Source: Gordius albopunctatus
Lineage: Eukaryota
Direction of reading: 5' to 3'
Length of the DNA: 64,000 nt
NCBI GenBank assembly: GCA_964276515.1
Contig: OZ193910.1
Location: 2,790,001-2,854,000 of the forward strand
This document shows, one piece after another, positions 13,101 to 27,432 of this stretch; position 1 is the first letter of the stretch, and each line of letters begins with the position of its first letter. Below the pieces are notes generated by a model. It was not told where the DNA came from. It saw only the letters and a program-made list of their open reading frames with translations, and did no database searches. The position numbers were made by a program, and so were the translations under genes.

Positions 13101-16100
13101 ATTAGCAAATTTTCGCACGCACAAATTTGTTGTAGTTTAACACTTTAAGTTAAAATGTGGTAACTAGCGGAGCTCTTTCCCAGAAAAATTGGTTATTATA
13201 TCATAACGAGAATGAGAAAAACGACCTTACGTGTTAATATCGTGATTTTTAGGCGAGCTATGTGCTTTAATTGCGTTTACAACATTCATTTCTATTTGCA
13301 GCTTACCTAATGATATGATTTAACTCAAATTTCACTAATATTGATAAGTAAGGGTTGACCTTTTTTAAGAATTAATTCTGGCGATAGAATAGATGGGGGT
13401 CATGAGCTTAGCCAAAACGGGACATGAATGGGCATATGCCCCCTCTTATTTTTAATAACTTAACAAAATGTTGCCTCAAATTAAAAAAAGAAAAAACATC
13501 ATTCCCCCTCTATAGATCTTATGATAAGGTATATGAGGTAATGGTTATTAAACATTAATATTTGTATTTTGTTAATTCTTAATTAAATTGATCTTTATAT
13601 AATTTCAAAACTGCCTTTTTTACGACCCCCGTAAAAGTTTATCTAAATATAATAGAACCGTCTGAACTGAATGTATGGTATGTAACTACTAACTAACTAG
13701 CAAGGTATTGTGTAGGGGGGGGACTGTGGAGGTTATTGAGCTTTTTAAACATGTAAAACCGATATTTTTTTTACTATTAATTAAATTTAGCCGTCAAAGG
13801 GTAGATAGATAGATGGACTACACGCGCTCTTTATAAAAGGTAAGTGTCCTTATAATGGAATAATCTGGCTGGAGCATACCACAACAGCGTAGTTTTGGTT
13901 TCACCAATGAGTGGATCTAATCATTATTATCTTTTTGCTCGAGCCTCCGTTGCCACTTGTGGACTTGGCACTTGGGGTAAAAGCTTTTTTGATCAATTTT
14001 TATCAAAACATAAAGTACACTATTTATGTGTAATTCCAAACTAAAAGGTGTAACGCTATGATTTATTGGTTTTTGTTTACCCTGCTTATAATTGTTTTCG
14101 AAATTAAAAATAGATATTCCAAAATTTTCTTAATGTATAAAAGTGGGACTAAAAACCCTCCTTGGCTACAACTTAATGTCCCTAATGTTATAAATAAAGG
14201 ATCTCCGTTTAAGAATATTGTCATCTAATTGTAGATTGTACTCCGCTCATTTGCGAGATTTTTTAGTGCAATATTTATAACACCCAATATTTTCTCCTGA
14301 ATCTTGTTATAAATTCAACGAGAATTGTCCGAAATTCGATATATTATTAATATTTATTATAAATATATCGTTTTGTCATTCGTATGTGGTGTTGACACTT
14401 GTTTTTATTGGGACGAGCTGAAGTCGTGGTACGTGCAGTCTTAAATCTATCTTCATACTTCAATTATGCTATTAAACGATGGCCGGGCAATAAAGCAATA
14501 AAGGACGGCTCGCTTGAAGCAGTATTATTACCACCAAAGGGTGTAATTATCACTGAGAGCGTCTCATCTATTTCTATTGATTTTTGCTTGTGGTCAACAC
14601 AAGGGCTAAAGATTGTCAATCTCGCCTTTATGAATCAATGGTCCACCTATCCCTCATATCCAGCCAGTGAAACTTCAGAGCCTTCAGCCGTTATATAACT
14701 TCTAATTAGTTTTACGATTTGCTCTCGATCTTAAAGGGGCGCGCACCATCAATAACGCATCCTCCTTTCGTTACTTTTCGTATTAATATGCAAATACGCT
14801 TCTGAAGACAGTTCCTGCCTTCCTTGACATTTATGGTTATTAGATTTAACAGGGGACAAGGCTCTCTGGCTTCGAGCTGACTCCGTGAGGTGCTCTCATT
14901 AATTGGAAAGACCGTACACATTTTGCATAATTTCGTCAAACTAAGCGACACGGAGACATTGTTAATGGTTCCCCCTAGATTGTCACTTTTGCTTAATTAT
15001 AATTTAGAGTGATTTATACCCCCCCCCCCGCGCCGCACAAGTCCTAAATCTAATTATCCCATCTCGTAACCACTTCCACATATGTTGTGGTCGTATTTAC
15101 TCCCCTGAAATTGGACGTTTTTTGGCTGAGACAATTGAAACTAATCATTTATTACGGGCATCAACGTGCATGGCCATAGACCCCCGGATGATCTTCTTAT
15201 TTAATATTCATGGGGAAACATGAGGGGAGCGATGTTTTGTTTTACATGGTGCTGCTCATTCTTCTCAACTTAAGTTTATATAATTGAGAATCATAATAAC
15301 AAAAAACTAATTATTCTGTCAACTTCGGACGTAGCATCACAACCTTTGTATGATAAACGGTTACATGGGCCTAGTGAGGATTTAGTTAGATTAAAGGGCA
15401 TTAAAGAGTTCCGTAATAGTTAAAGGAGGTTTTGCTAATAAATCTCTTAAAAGAGGTTTGAAAAGAAGATTTTCAACATTTTTACTAATAATAATTATAT
15501 CATTTAAAAAAACATTATTTTTATAGTTTAAGAAACGGGAATTGCGTCTCCCAAGTCCGCCGCTGGCCTAAGCTCATCGGCGCAGCCAGCATTGGAATTA
15601 GAGGGGGGGGCATTAATGATTCAGGGAGAGGCAAAATGATCATTTTTTTAATTTTAGCCAAAATTTTAATAATTTCAACAAATTTTTGGATTTAGAGGGG
15701 CAGCCTTGGATACGTCCATGCCTACGCTCTTTATAATTATCAATTTTATAAGTTGAGTTTATAATGATCACCTAAAATGGCTTGGCTTTAGCAGATTTTA
15801 ACACAATTAATAAAATGTGTATCAAGCTTCATTTTATTTTTCGAGGGTGCCTAGGTAGATGCTCAAGTCTTTATAATTATATATTTTAACGTTAAAACTT
15901 GTATTTACCTTACTCCCAAGGTTGCATAATTTACTTTATTGATTTAAAGCCATTATTTTACTATCTAAAACCATTTGGGTACATCTATGTTAACCATTGG
16001 TCAAGTCATATTAATCTGACACCTTTTTGACCTTCATAAATAAGTAATTTAGTATAAGTCAACTAGATTAAACTTATTTGCTGAAATTTTGTTATTAGTT

Positions 16101-19100
16101 TCTATATTATTTTAGCAAAAGTTAAATTTAATAACATCATAAGGTTAATATATATGTGCTTTGTTCTATCATATAATAATTCACTTCATCCTTCTTTTAC
16201 AAATTTTAAGGGATTGATAAGTTAAAGATTAGATTATTCGATCCACTGCAATGATATAATTGAGCAAAGAACAATCTATTTTAAAATACCCCTTCTTAGA
16301 AGGCTTTACGTTTTAAATTTTTTTAATTTGTGTCAAAAAATTTAACTTGTCAATTATTTTGAGGAGGATTAAATGGCTTTATTGATATATTAAACAATTG
16401 AAGATCCGACGTTAATAAATAATAATTACAATACATGATGTGAATTGTGTGTACATATGCAATGAGAAAGGATAGTACTTATTTTATTTACTTAAACTAC
16501 ATCTTATAAGCTATAAGACCAAATACTAAAATTTCTTATTAATTAGCTATCCTGAATTACCCATTTAAAAAGCAGACAACATACTTATTCAATTCATATA
16601 TAAAACGCATCTCCAAAATTTTGAATATTCTTTATAAAGATTAGCATAGTATTGTAGGCGTAATACCCCTATAGAACTTTTCCGAGTGGGCATAGCAATG
16701 ATTTTAATGAGGTGCTGTCAAAAAGTATGGAGATTATTGAGGGAAGTGAACAGCATAATGGTAAATCGTTAGCACACATTTACTCAACATGAAAGATTTT
16801 AAAATCGCTTATATAGTTTTCTTCAAATTATAATGAATTTAGAAGTTGATTGTGAATTACACCGATATACAATTTCTATACTTTATTAATAATATGAGTG
16901 ACAATGTTAATTTAAATATGTATATTTATAATGGTGTTATTTTTTCTTTTATAAAATAAAATACAAAAGGCCTATATTTTAAAAAGTAACCTTAAAGAAC
17001 ATAAATCAGAATTAATCCAAATATTTGGTAAATGTGGTGCGTGTGTTTAACAACTTTGATAGCCACCAATTACCATAACCTAATGTTATGTTAATGGAGT
17101 GTGTTTTCGTCTTTATTCCCAAATCTCTATGGAGGATTCTTCTCTTCCCTTGTTTCATTTGACATTTGACATATTTTAATATCCTCTATATGCGTGATTA
17201 ATACTAAACCACCTCGAGTACCAAAACACAGTTATATCATAAGCAACAAAAACAACAACCTTGGTTGGTTTGCGTATGATAATGCCTGGCACATTGACAG
17301 AAAGAAGGGCTTATTGTTGCTCATCATCAGTTGTGGCTGGCAAGCTTGGATATCTTCTACTTTATACACAAATCAATTGTCGATACAACCATTATTATTA
17401 CTATTCCACCACTTCCAAGGCCACCAAATTTAACTTAAAACTAATATAATCAGGCGGCTTAACATTTTTGATCACTCGCCATGTTTTTGTCTGCACGTTT
17501 TTGTCAAAATCATATGACAGATAATAATGTTTGGAAATTTCAGGGGTTTGGGCTTTAATTAAATTCCTTCTATATCTTAATGCAGTGAAGCCTCGGTGAT
17601 TTCTCAATTTCATTTCTGACTGCAATCATTAATAACAGCCATTCAACGTAAATCTTAGCACTTATCTATATTAAAGTTATAAAATATCTTGTATACGTTT
17701 AAATTTGTAAAAACTTGAGGTTTAAGTGATGCCATCTTAAAATGCGAACAGCTCCTATCATACAATTTAATAATGCGAATCTTTCTTCTCGTGCCATAAA
17801 TTAAGAAGGAGGCGCACACACGTCATATATTTCCTATTCCTATATTTCATACCGATTTATTTTCTTTAAATCGTTAATTTGTTGTGAAAATTTGCTAAGA
17901 GATAGAAGGGACAGGGGGGAGGGGATAGTTAGATGACAAATCCTTGATTTGAAAGGTAGTGAGTGAGCTGAGCAGTCAATCTTAATAAGAGTTATATTTA
18001 TTCTAACGGCCATTCGCCTATTCCATTAATCTTGCTCTCTCTTACTCCTATCATCCCTCCTAAACTTTATGTCGTTGTTCAATTTGTAAAGAGATATATG
18101 TGCGTCCGTTCCTTCTTTGATTCATGTCAAACGTGTGTATGTTTTTGAATCCAGAGAGATAAGAATTAATATTTGTTTATTTCACTATGTTGCACGGACG
18201 CTATTGAAATATTCATATATGCAACCACCACTCTTATACCTAGCTCTAATGGGATTTACTGAGAATAAAGTTTTTTTGCTTTCCCTCTCTTTACCTCGCA
18301 AATAATTTATTTGATGATTTTAGCTTGATTGATTAAACATGAGCTGGTTTTAAAGTGCCTCAAATTTTAAGTCTCGCGTCAAGCTTTCGCATTTAACGAG
18401 GCTGGACCGACCAGCTTTGAAGTCGTAAATTAAGATTACAATCTCATAAAACCTTCCTTAACGGCGAAGTTGTTTTAAAGGCTTTCAAATTTGAGGACTT
18501 ATGCTATAACTTTTCCCCGGATTCTTTCAGGCATTTATAAGTCGTTTTATTAAACAGAATTTTATTATAAATGGGGTGGTGGTGCCCCACTCGACATAGG
18601 TCTAGCGCCGGACTACAAATGATGATTGACGAACATTTTTGATTGTGCCAACATCAAAAAAAAACATTTTTAAAACAATTCGGTCTCAAACGTTACAACT
18701 TGAATGCTCCTAATTTTGTCCGCTCATCCCAGTTAGATTGCGCGAAGCCGTGTTGAAACTGAAGCCAACTTTTTGACGACAGATTTTGTGAATTCAGTTT
18801 GACAACATAGTGGGTGGGTGGGGAGATTTTGACATTTTTATCCCTGTAGCGGTCTCAATCGCTGATCATGAAAGGGGAATGAGGGTTGGGGGGGGGTCCT
18901 TTGCTTTGCTTCAAACGATGTAAATTCCATAATATAAAGTGACAACTCATTTGACTTTTTACTGCTCATCTCATGCGATCCCCTCCCTGTTAACCCCTTA
19001 AATTAATATTCATCAAACGACAACCGCCCTTTGTAATTCTATATTCTCGGCTGCCCCGGCTGTTAACGCTTTTGCACTGCTCAATTTATTTATTATGACC

Positions 19101-22100
19101 GGACACATTTGACATCGGTTTTGTTATGAATTTTGCGATAATATTGGACATATAAGAAGAAAGGGTGAAGATGTGTAAATCACATTATGGTGTCAAAGCG
19201 TTAACCGGGCTACTCATTAATTTATTACCAAATTTATCAAAATATAACATCCAAATTCCGTTCCATTCATTTTTCAATATCATAAATAAATTTTTGTGTT
19301 AGACTTGAAATATAAGGCTTTTATATTTAGCCTTTTCTCTGATTCAACATTCAATATAAGACTTGCCTTGGTTCTGCTAGCTTATCAACCTTAATACCGC
19401 CCCCCCCCCTAAACGGCGAAAAAAAAACCCTAATCCAAAACCTGGCTACACCTATGACTATAACATTTGATTTTTAAGAAGACCTATTACATTTTTGAAT
19501 ATAAAGTACAACATATTTTGTTAAATTTCGGCATTTATACCTTAGTTAATTTTTTAAATCGGTTGGACGCCCTAGCTTTAGACTAAGCTTATCTAACAAA
19601 TTTATAATAACTATAGGTTATATAAATCTAGGCTAACCTCATACTATTTTAGAATTTTTAATTATATTTTTGCATACTTTGTATATCGACTAATGCCTAG
19701 TTTTACATTTTTTTGTATCATTAATAGAGTTATTATATTAGATTAAGGAATGACAAAAAGTGTAGTTATTTCTTGTTCATTAGTCATTCATTACTCTTCT
19801 CAAATTACACATATATTATATTAGTGGTTATTTGTTTTGGTAATTACAATCTTACATATTATACACGTAACATTAGGCAAGTAGGCTTTCAATTATATCA
19901 ACTTTTTACTACATTTCATATTAAAATTTCTTTTCAAGTATAGTCATGGCCCATAGGCGTAGCCGGGGGGGGGCCTAAATGACGAAAAAAACAATTGATG
20001 TTTTGCCCCCCCCCCCCCCCAATTAAACTTTTCAACGATTCGCCCCCCCCCCTCTAATCCAAAACCTGGCTACGTACATGAGTATAGCCAAAAGTAAGTT
20101 AACTTTAAAAAATATAATTGATAGGAGGCCTTATAAATCCTTAATGTTTTAAATACAATTTTTAAACGTGTTAACTTTCCACCATTGTTTCAAAATTTAG
20201 CCGTTAAAATCGATTATGATTTTGATTGATTTTATTTAAAATATTAATTATTTTCGCAGTCAAAATTTTTTTTTACAAATTTATAAGCCATAATTGTTTG
20301 CTAATCTCTCATCAATTGCATAAATATATTTCAAATTGAGTTACATTTCCAACTCAATAAAAAAAGTTAGTTTAATTTATAAATGTATTTTTACACGTTC
20401 GGGAACCCTATTTTTAAAATATTATACTAATGATCCCCTTTTACAGGTACTTATAATTTCGTAGTGCATGTAATGGTCTGTTGCCATATGTTAGTCAATA
20501 TAATTTGTCAGATAATAGTCATTATAAACAGTAAAGTCATCTTGAATTTAAAAATCTCATCAGTATATGTATTTTAACTAAACGCCTTTCTTTGTTTTAA
20601 AATTATATGTCGTGTTTTTTTGATTTTTTGTCCTCATTAAAAATTCATACACTGATCAATGTATTCAAAGTACTTAATATCATTTGACTAATTTTTCTCT
20701 AATTATATATATATAAATATATATATATATATCTTTTAAAAAATTTAAAGTATTAAAAACTTTGGTAAATCTTTTTGACACTGTGCAACCCCTTTAATAG
20801 CCTGGGAATACTAATTTCGCATCACACTCTCTTTATATTATAACCCCTTTTGCCCAAATATCCTTTGCCTAATAAAACATTCTATCTAGCAGGGTATATC
20901 TCGTGATATTTGTACGTAATAACTAAAACTTATCTATTGAACTGCTTAAAATTTATTATCTTACAAGGACCAGGGTCCCAATAACTAAGGGAAGTATGGA
21001 ACAGTTTAAAATTATAAATTACCCCTCCACCCTCTTAAACGCATATGTGAACGCATATTATACAGAGAGAGCAGGATTTATGACTTCGGACACCCCAAAT
21101 CTTTTTTATGAGGTCGTTCACCGTTCATCACGATGACAAAAGGAGTAAGGAAAGGGCTAATTTGGAGGAGCGCTTCGGACATAATATGCTGATACCATCA
21201 AAGAAGGAATATTTAAGGACATTACCTTTAACCTTTCAAGGGGGACGACTGTCAAAATTGTAATTGGTTTTGTGGCTTATATCAATCCCATTTAACTATA
21301 AAAAATGGTGAACGAAAAAGATTGAGAACGATTTAAACATACATTCATACTATAAAGAAAGACACACATTCTTTGAGTGATTCCTCTTTTACTTATCGTA
21401 TCGTATGAAATAAAACGTTAAGTGTTTAAGAGAAGATTAAAAATTATACGCACATAGGTGACTGATAGGGATAGATATATGAAGTTAATATTCTTTTACA
21501 CTTAAGAATGGGTAGTTTAAAACGGATTTAAAGTAGAAAAAATTTAATTAATATTCTAGTAAACATTATCAAGATACCACAAACTCCGTGGCATTACACT
21601 TTAACAGACTTAAACTGATTGCATATCACGATTTATTGCTAAATCTGAAATGAGGTTTGTGTTATATGTGAGATATGGTAAGATGTTGGCAGGCAAGAAT
21701 GCATTCAATTAAAAATTAATTATAAGACACATTTGAAAACAAATATATATTCAAATAGCCAAGTAGTGAGATTTATAGTCCAGGTGGGGTGCTAAAGCAT
21801 GGGCATAGCGAATATTTGGCTGGGAGCGACCAATTGCTAATGATTTAGATAGGGACAAAATAATTTGTCTTTTGGTTTAATTTTTAGATCTTAATTTTAA
21901 GTTAAATATAAAAAATTTGTTATCCCCTTCACTTGACTACGCTCATGTGACCTAAGAAAGTGTAAATTAGGTGAAGTATTACTATGGCATAGATTATACA
22001 CTCATGATATTTAAAACTTCGCCCCATTCATTCCCCTCATTTTTTCTAATTATTGGAAGTATGGTTGAATATGTTGCCTCATTTTGAACCGAAAAGATTA

Positions 22101-25100
22101 ATCAATAGGATGCAGAGCAGAGTTGTTGCTTTAATTGCATATCCTTCCTTAATGAGTTTGTTGAACTAATGTACGTGCGTCAATGGTAAAATCGTTTTAT
22201 ACTTCAGGAAAAGGTTAACGTAATATACACAAAACACAGATTTAAAGTATTTTGTTTATCATCAACACATTTATAAATTAATTATTAATCTAATACAGCA
22301 TGTGTATATAAGTTTTTACGTTTTAAGTGCTAAAAATTCCACGTGCTTAGCCTTAATTCGAATTAGAAGGTTTTGAAAGTACAATGAAATTTTAGGAGGG
22401 GGACAAAATATAATATTTAAATAACACCATTTTGCATTTAGAAAAGCCCTATAGACCAGATAGACTGCCGTTCTTACAACACTAATGTGTGCTCTATAAT
22501 GATAAGTTTAAGATTTAGTCTTTTCGATTGAAATCCATGTTTATTATTATAAACACTCATAATAACCATAAGAAATTACGTTTTATTAGGCTGCATCATT
22601 ATAAAAAAGCTTCTTTGATTACATTTTGTCTAACTTCTATTTGCAAATTACGCATCGAATTGCTATTAAAGTCCGTTTTTCTTCATTATTTGTATATACA
22701 ATTAATGTTATTGAATGTAGAAATGAGATAGACAAAAAGAATATATTCTTATCTACACCCTTCAATATATAGATATATATTTACTACTCTCAAACGGTTA
22801 CATTATCTTTGATTGATGATAGCCATTAAAAACCGCTAACTGACTAAATAAAGATTCTACTAATCACAGTGTATGTTTCTTGTAAATGTCTTCCATAATT
22901 TGGAATAAAAAGCTATATAAGTACTTTCTTATACTGCTAATTATTTAAGTTAGATTACTGAATACCAAAGAGTTTTAAGAAATAACATTTAAACAAATAA
23001 AGCTTTTAACTTTTCTGCTTTTATTGGGCCAACTGGTTTTCTTTTAATTAATATAGATGATCGGTATAATCTTAAGTTTAATTTGTATATACTTATGTTA
23101 TGATATATGTTTAATATGTTATAGGTATCGTGAATTTAGGCATTATTTCAAGTTCTTCAAAGTCTCTTTCAACGCCTCTCAAGCACTCAAACAATCATCT
23201 CCTTAGTACTAAAGACCGCTTGCTTAAGCAAGAAATAAAATGTGGGGAAATAGCTAAAACATACTCTACTCACGCTGTTCTTACTACGACACATGGGGTA
23301 CCAACGCCATCTAGTCCTTGTCTTCCCTCTTTGCATTACACATACAAACAAATTTGGCGAGATAATTTTTACGAAGGGAGGAGAGATGCCAAATCTACCG
23401 GGAGCGAAGGGAGTGAGGGATCGCTTTGCCCTTTGGCTTTCTATAAGGAAGCCCCTTTTCTTAACGGTCTGCTGGATCAGAAAGTGTCAACTCCCTCTCC
23501 AACCTTAGTCATACACCATAGGTACGAAGATAATTCGGACGATGACAAACTTAACCTTGTTGCTGCTGCTACCAATTCTTCCCCCGATTACACTTTGAAT
23601 TACCACATCGGTCCAGGGTCATCATATGCCTTCAAAGTTGACAAGACGGAAACATTGTGGAAGGAACGTTTTGATCCTAATATTGGGGAGGAAAAGGGTT
23701 TAAATAGTGATTGTTATGATTCGCTAAAGACGGATAACGCGATGGTCATTAGTGTAGAAAATAATTCTTCCCCAATCTCTGTTACAAAGGTAAAAACATC
23801 TCTACCTTTGAGTATGACTACCGAGTCCTCTTCTCTTCCATTAACTAGTTCATCGGTCACAAGTAAGAATTGTCAATTGACCTCGTCCAAACGCATAGCT
23901 GCACAGGTCAAGGCCAAGAAAATTTTGGCGTCAGCTTTGATCAAGCATTCTCCACCAAACAGAACGCTAGAAATGAAGGGTAGCAAGGATAAAAATCGCG
24001 TTAAAGTAGACGACACCAAGAGTTGCAAAGTCAAACGTAGGACTTCAACCCGATTTTCTCACAACTTTTCCTTGGGCTATAATAGTATGTCGAATAGCAA
24101 ATGCATCCTTACAACAACTATGACTCAGTCTCTACCCACCCACAAATTGGATGGATCGCATTGGTACGGTCCCCATTACCCGCCAGCAGTCTCCATCCAC
24201 GATTATCATAAGTTTTATAACTATTTATCGGCGAAAGCATTCAAGGAAATGATTTTAGGTCAAGGTTTAAAGGAGAGTGCTACTTCGTCTAAACTTAAGA
24301 AATCTTCTCCCTTACACCGCTTGCCATATGGCTCAATTCCAATCACTGAATATGAAAACCAGCTTAACTTCTACAAACCTTTTACCAGCTATTTTGATTA
24401 TTCCACTTGGCCCTCTCCATACCCATTTCGTCCAACCGTGAACGACCAAGTAAATGAAGCTAGTAATAACTTTGGGAAACTCTTTTTGCCAAATAGGAAC
24501 CATCACCCTAATCCACAACTCCCATTCATGCCATCATTTTTCCTTCCTCCATATCCCTACTACTACGACGTACCCCATACTCACTGCCACAACGATCCTA
24601 AAGCCAGCCCTAAATGCGCCAGTAGTCAAAGTGAAAAAACTGGCAGTCTATCTAATCTGTCTTCCCTCAAAAACCGATGGGCTAATCATACAACCCCAAC
24701 GCCACCAATACATTTGCAAACAGATACTGATTCTCCTAATAAAATACCCTGCTGCAATGTCGAGAGCATTCCAAAGAGCAGCACTTTGGACGAGAAGTTG
24801 TGTCACAGCTCCTTTTCTACAAAGAACAGCGTCACGATCGAAGATGTGCTTAGTACTAAAACCCAATCTCCATATTACCCTAAATATAAGGATGTCGTGC
24901 CTAGTCAATATTTATCACCCGGGAGTAATAGCCTAAATACCTTTCCCCCCGTGATACCCCCTTATGACCCCTTCAATCAGCTTCCATTTTCAATTTATCC
25001 GCGCCTCCAAGAATCCACCAACACTTTTCCTTTCACATATCCATGGCAATATGGGCCACCCTGGCATGCAATTACGACCAGAGATTTTTCTAAACTTGCC

Positions 25101-26805
25101 GATAATATGGTGGATGTTCATAAAAGTTTTAACTCTTCGACTTCTGTTTGTATGGCTAGGACAGTCGATGCGTGCCCATCTCTTACCCAAACAAATAAAA
25201 AACAATCTACTCATGCCGTAAATGCTCTCCACCTCTCTAACACCCACACAGTTACTAACAACAATACCAACGCCCCTAACCCTAAAATGGTCCGGGGCCA
25301 AAACACCTGGTTAGCCAGGGGCTCTAAGAAGGCCAAAGACATCATGAAATGTATATGGTGTGGTGAATCATTTGCCTCGCTCCCTGACCTCACGTCTCAT
25401 ATGGTGGCTACTCAGCATTACCGTAAAATAATACCCATCATTGCCGCTCACAATCCTACGGTCGGGGAAGAGGGCCATAACGTTTCATCTCCCAAATCTC
25501 AAAATGCATTGCCTTCTTCTGTACGAAGTCCCCATCAAAGTTCTGGTAAACGGACAGCCTCAACCTTGCTTTCAGACTTTGTGGATGTTAGAAGTGGAAA
25601 CAATAAACACAATTTTTCTGATCATATAGATAATACATTCTCTATGGATAAGTCTAATGATGATCAAAAATGTCCTTCTTTTGTGCCCACGCCTTTGTGT
25701 TTTAACGTGATGGAAAGCAATTTAGGACAACATTGTGAATATCAAGACCTTCAAAGCAGTAAAGGAGAATTTAGGTGAGTATTGTTTCAATTTATTTCAT
25801 TTCATTTAATACATTTTTAATATACAATCGATTCGTACCTATTAATTTTCTATAACATATTAAATTATAATTTATTCCGATTTACCAAGAAAGGACGAAG
25901 GGAAAAAACTCTCAAGCCATAAGAAACACAGCGAAAAGAAAGAAGAAAAAGGATGGCTGAATACTATAACCCCTAAAGTATTAAATGTCTTCACGCCAAC
26001 TGTCTCAGGGCTAGATAACCTCTTTACTGACAAGGCCAATGCATTGAAAACGAAATTAAATAAGCCTTCTAAAAAGAAATTCTCAACAATAAATGGTCTT
26101 AATAACTCACTTAATATCATACATAACAAAAGTAAATGGCAAAATGTAATAGAAAGAGAAAGCAGTCCTTATAATCTTTGTAATGGCTTTGAAGATATAA
26201 ATCGCACAACAAATCAAAATATCTACAAGTCAGTATTAGACTCTATAAATACTCCACAGCAGTCCTTGCCTACTCCCTATATGCTTTTGTTCCCTCATTT
26301 ACTACAATCATTTAAAACAAACTTGCTTAATAAATCTCCCGATTTAGAGACGAAGGAAGATAGTCTAACTCATTCCCCATCGCTAAATAAGACTAATGAC
26401 GAATATAAGGACTTGGAACAACCACAAGTTAACTATGACAAAACGCCGGTAGTAAACGTATCAAACCCATCATTAGAGCCGTTGGATGTGGATAAAAATG
26501 GCGTTTCTTTGTTGAAAAAACAGTTGTTATCACAATTTATCTACCATGATATATGTCCTAAAATAAAATCGCCGGTTCATCCATTACCAAACGTCTTTAA
26601 CAAAATGGACCCGTGCCAGGAACCACATATTGCCGCTCTTAAAACACTTATTAACGACACCTTCGACACCTACCTTATGCAAAATTTTAAGGAAATCAAA
26701 AATCTCGCACGCATTAGCAACAGCACTCCTAGTAGCAATTGGGATGCGGATTCGTCCGAATCTGAAAATGGGCGCAGATCCTCGCTCTGTGTCGTTTCTT
26801 GTTAA
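7118..26805 (+). CDS. tsh: Teashirt/tiptop-family C2H2 zinc-finger transcription factor, 3 coding exons (7118-7157, 23125-25774, 25890-26805), ~1201 aa
   Basis: Exon 2 encodes KMVRGQNTWLARGSKKAKDIMKCIWCGESFASLPDLTSHMVATQHYRKII, matching the Tsh/Tio 'VRGQxVWLGKG...ILKCMWCGQSF...HM..TQHY' finger. Exon 1 encodes MTRKKQHCPKKAH, matching the conserved MPRRKQxxPKR N-terminus. Its phase-1 donor (G|GTAATT, 7158) fits the phase-1 acceptor ATAG|GT at 23124/5. The second intron 25775-25889 (AG|GTGAGT...CAAG|A) is phase 2. Summed CDS is 3606 nt, divisible by 3. Confidence 0.8.
7821..7988. mobile_element. CATGGGCGTAGCCAG-family MITE
   Basis: TIRs CATAGGCTTAGCC/GGCTATGCCCATG; TSD ACGACACA/ACGACATA. Confidence 0.8.
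9923..10083. mobile_element. CATGGGCGTAGCCAG-family MITE
   Basis: TIRs present; TSD TTTTCAAA/TTTTAAAA. Confidence 0.8.
10298..10432. mobile_element. CATGGGCGTA-family MITE (short subtype)
   Basis: Perfect 8-bp TSD GCCTTACC (10290-10297 and 10433-10440). Confidence 0.85.
10483..10643. mobile_element. CATGGGCGTAGCCAG-family MITE
   Basis: TSD TTGTGACC/TCGTGACC; right TIR CTGGCTACGCCCATG. Confidence 0.8.
12189..12365. mobile_element. CATGGGCGTAGCCAG-family MITE
   Basis: TSD CCCTCAAC/CACTCAAC; both TIRs present. Confidence 0.82.
15575..15720. mobile_element. CATGGGCGTAGCCAG-family MITE
   Basis: TSD CCTAAGCT/CCTACGCT. Confidence 0.8.
19945..20080. mobile_element. CATGGGCGTA-family MITE (short subtype)
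   Basis: TSD AGTATAGT/AGTATAGC. Confidence 0.78.
23125..25774 (+). CDS. tsh: Teashirt-like large exon 2 (Ser/Pro-rich; C2H2 finger at ~25350-25420)
   Basis: 882-codon open frame (ORF track 23130..25778) bounded by a TAG acceptor and a GTGAGT donor. Confidence 0.88.
25890..26805 (+). CDS. tsh: Teashirt-like terminal coding exon
   Basis: Open frame (ORF track 26044..26805, extending upstream to 25890) in phase with the exon-2 donor; ends TAA at 26803-26805. Confidence 0.75.
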
Positions 26806-27432
26806 ACTTTTGTCAGAATTGAATAGACATTCCATCGAAACTTTATGAGATTTGATAGGGCATCGAGTATACTTTTAATTTATTAATAAAATGTGCAATC
26901 GGACGATAATGATGATTGTCCATAATAACCAATTATGTTTTGCCAAAGGGCGTTTTTATCCCTATATAAATGCAATCATACCATTCTCCCACCCGCGTGA
27001 TGTATTTGTGATATTACTATGTATTAAAAGTTTTTATATCGATATATACGTAAATAATATTTATTGTACAAAATTACCGCTCTATGGTTTTAGTATTATA
27101 GACATTTGTTTGTAAAAGAGTATAACGTTACTAAACATTAGATTAGATTCTTACTGCATGGTCTAAATTTTATGAAAGCTGACCCGCAGTTTCAATTGTA
27201 TTGAAGTTCAGAGGTTTTTTGTTTTAATTATGTCTTAACTGGATGCCTAGATTTTATTAATAACAATATTTGCTTGAATTTGAAAGTTGTGTTTTGGTGT
27301 TTATGGAACAATTTGGAAAGCGTAACAAACAATAACTTCTCTCTTGTGTTATATATAAATTTATATGACAGTATTCTTGTTGTATATTCATTAACAGACG
27401 ATTTATCAATTTATATTACTTAATGTACGATA

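Noticed and set aside
21100..21450. Possible very old retroelement relic (also ~16650-16800 and ~32100-32420)
   Set aside because: Purine-rich, coding-like texture, but no motif could be translated convincingly.
24333..25629. Alternative-frame and antisense ORFs over tsh exon 2
   Set aside because: Expected shadows of a long coding exon; no motifs.
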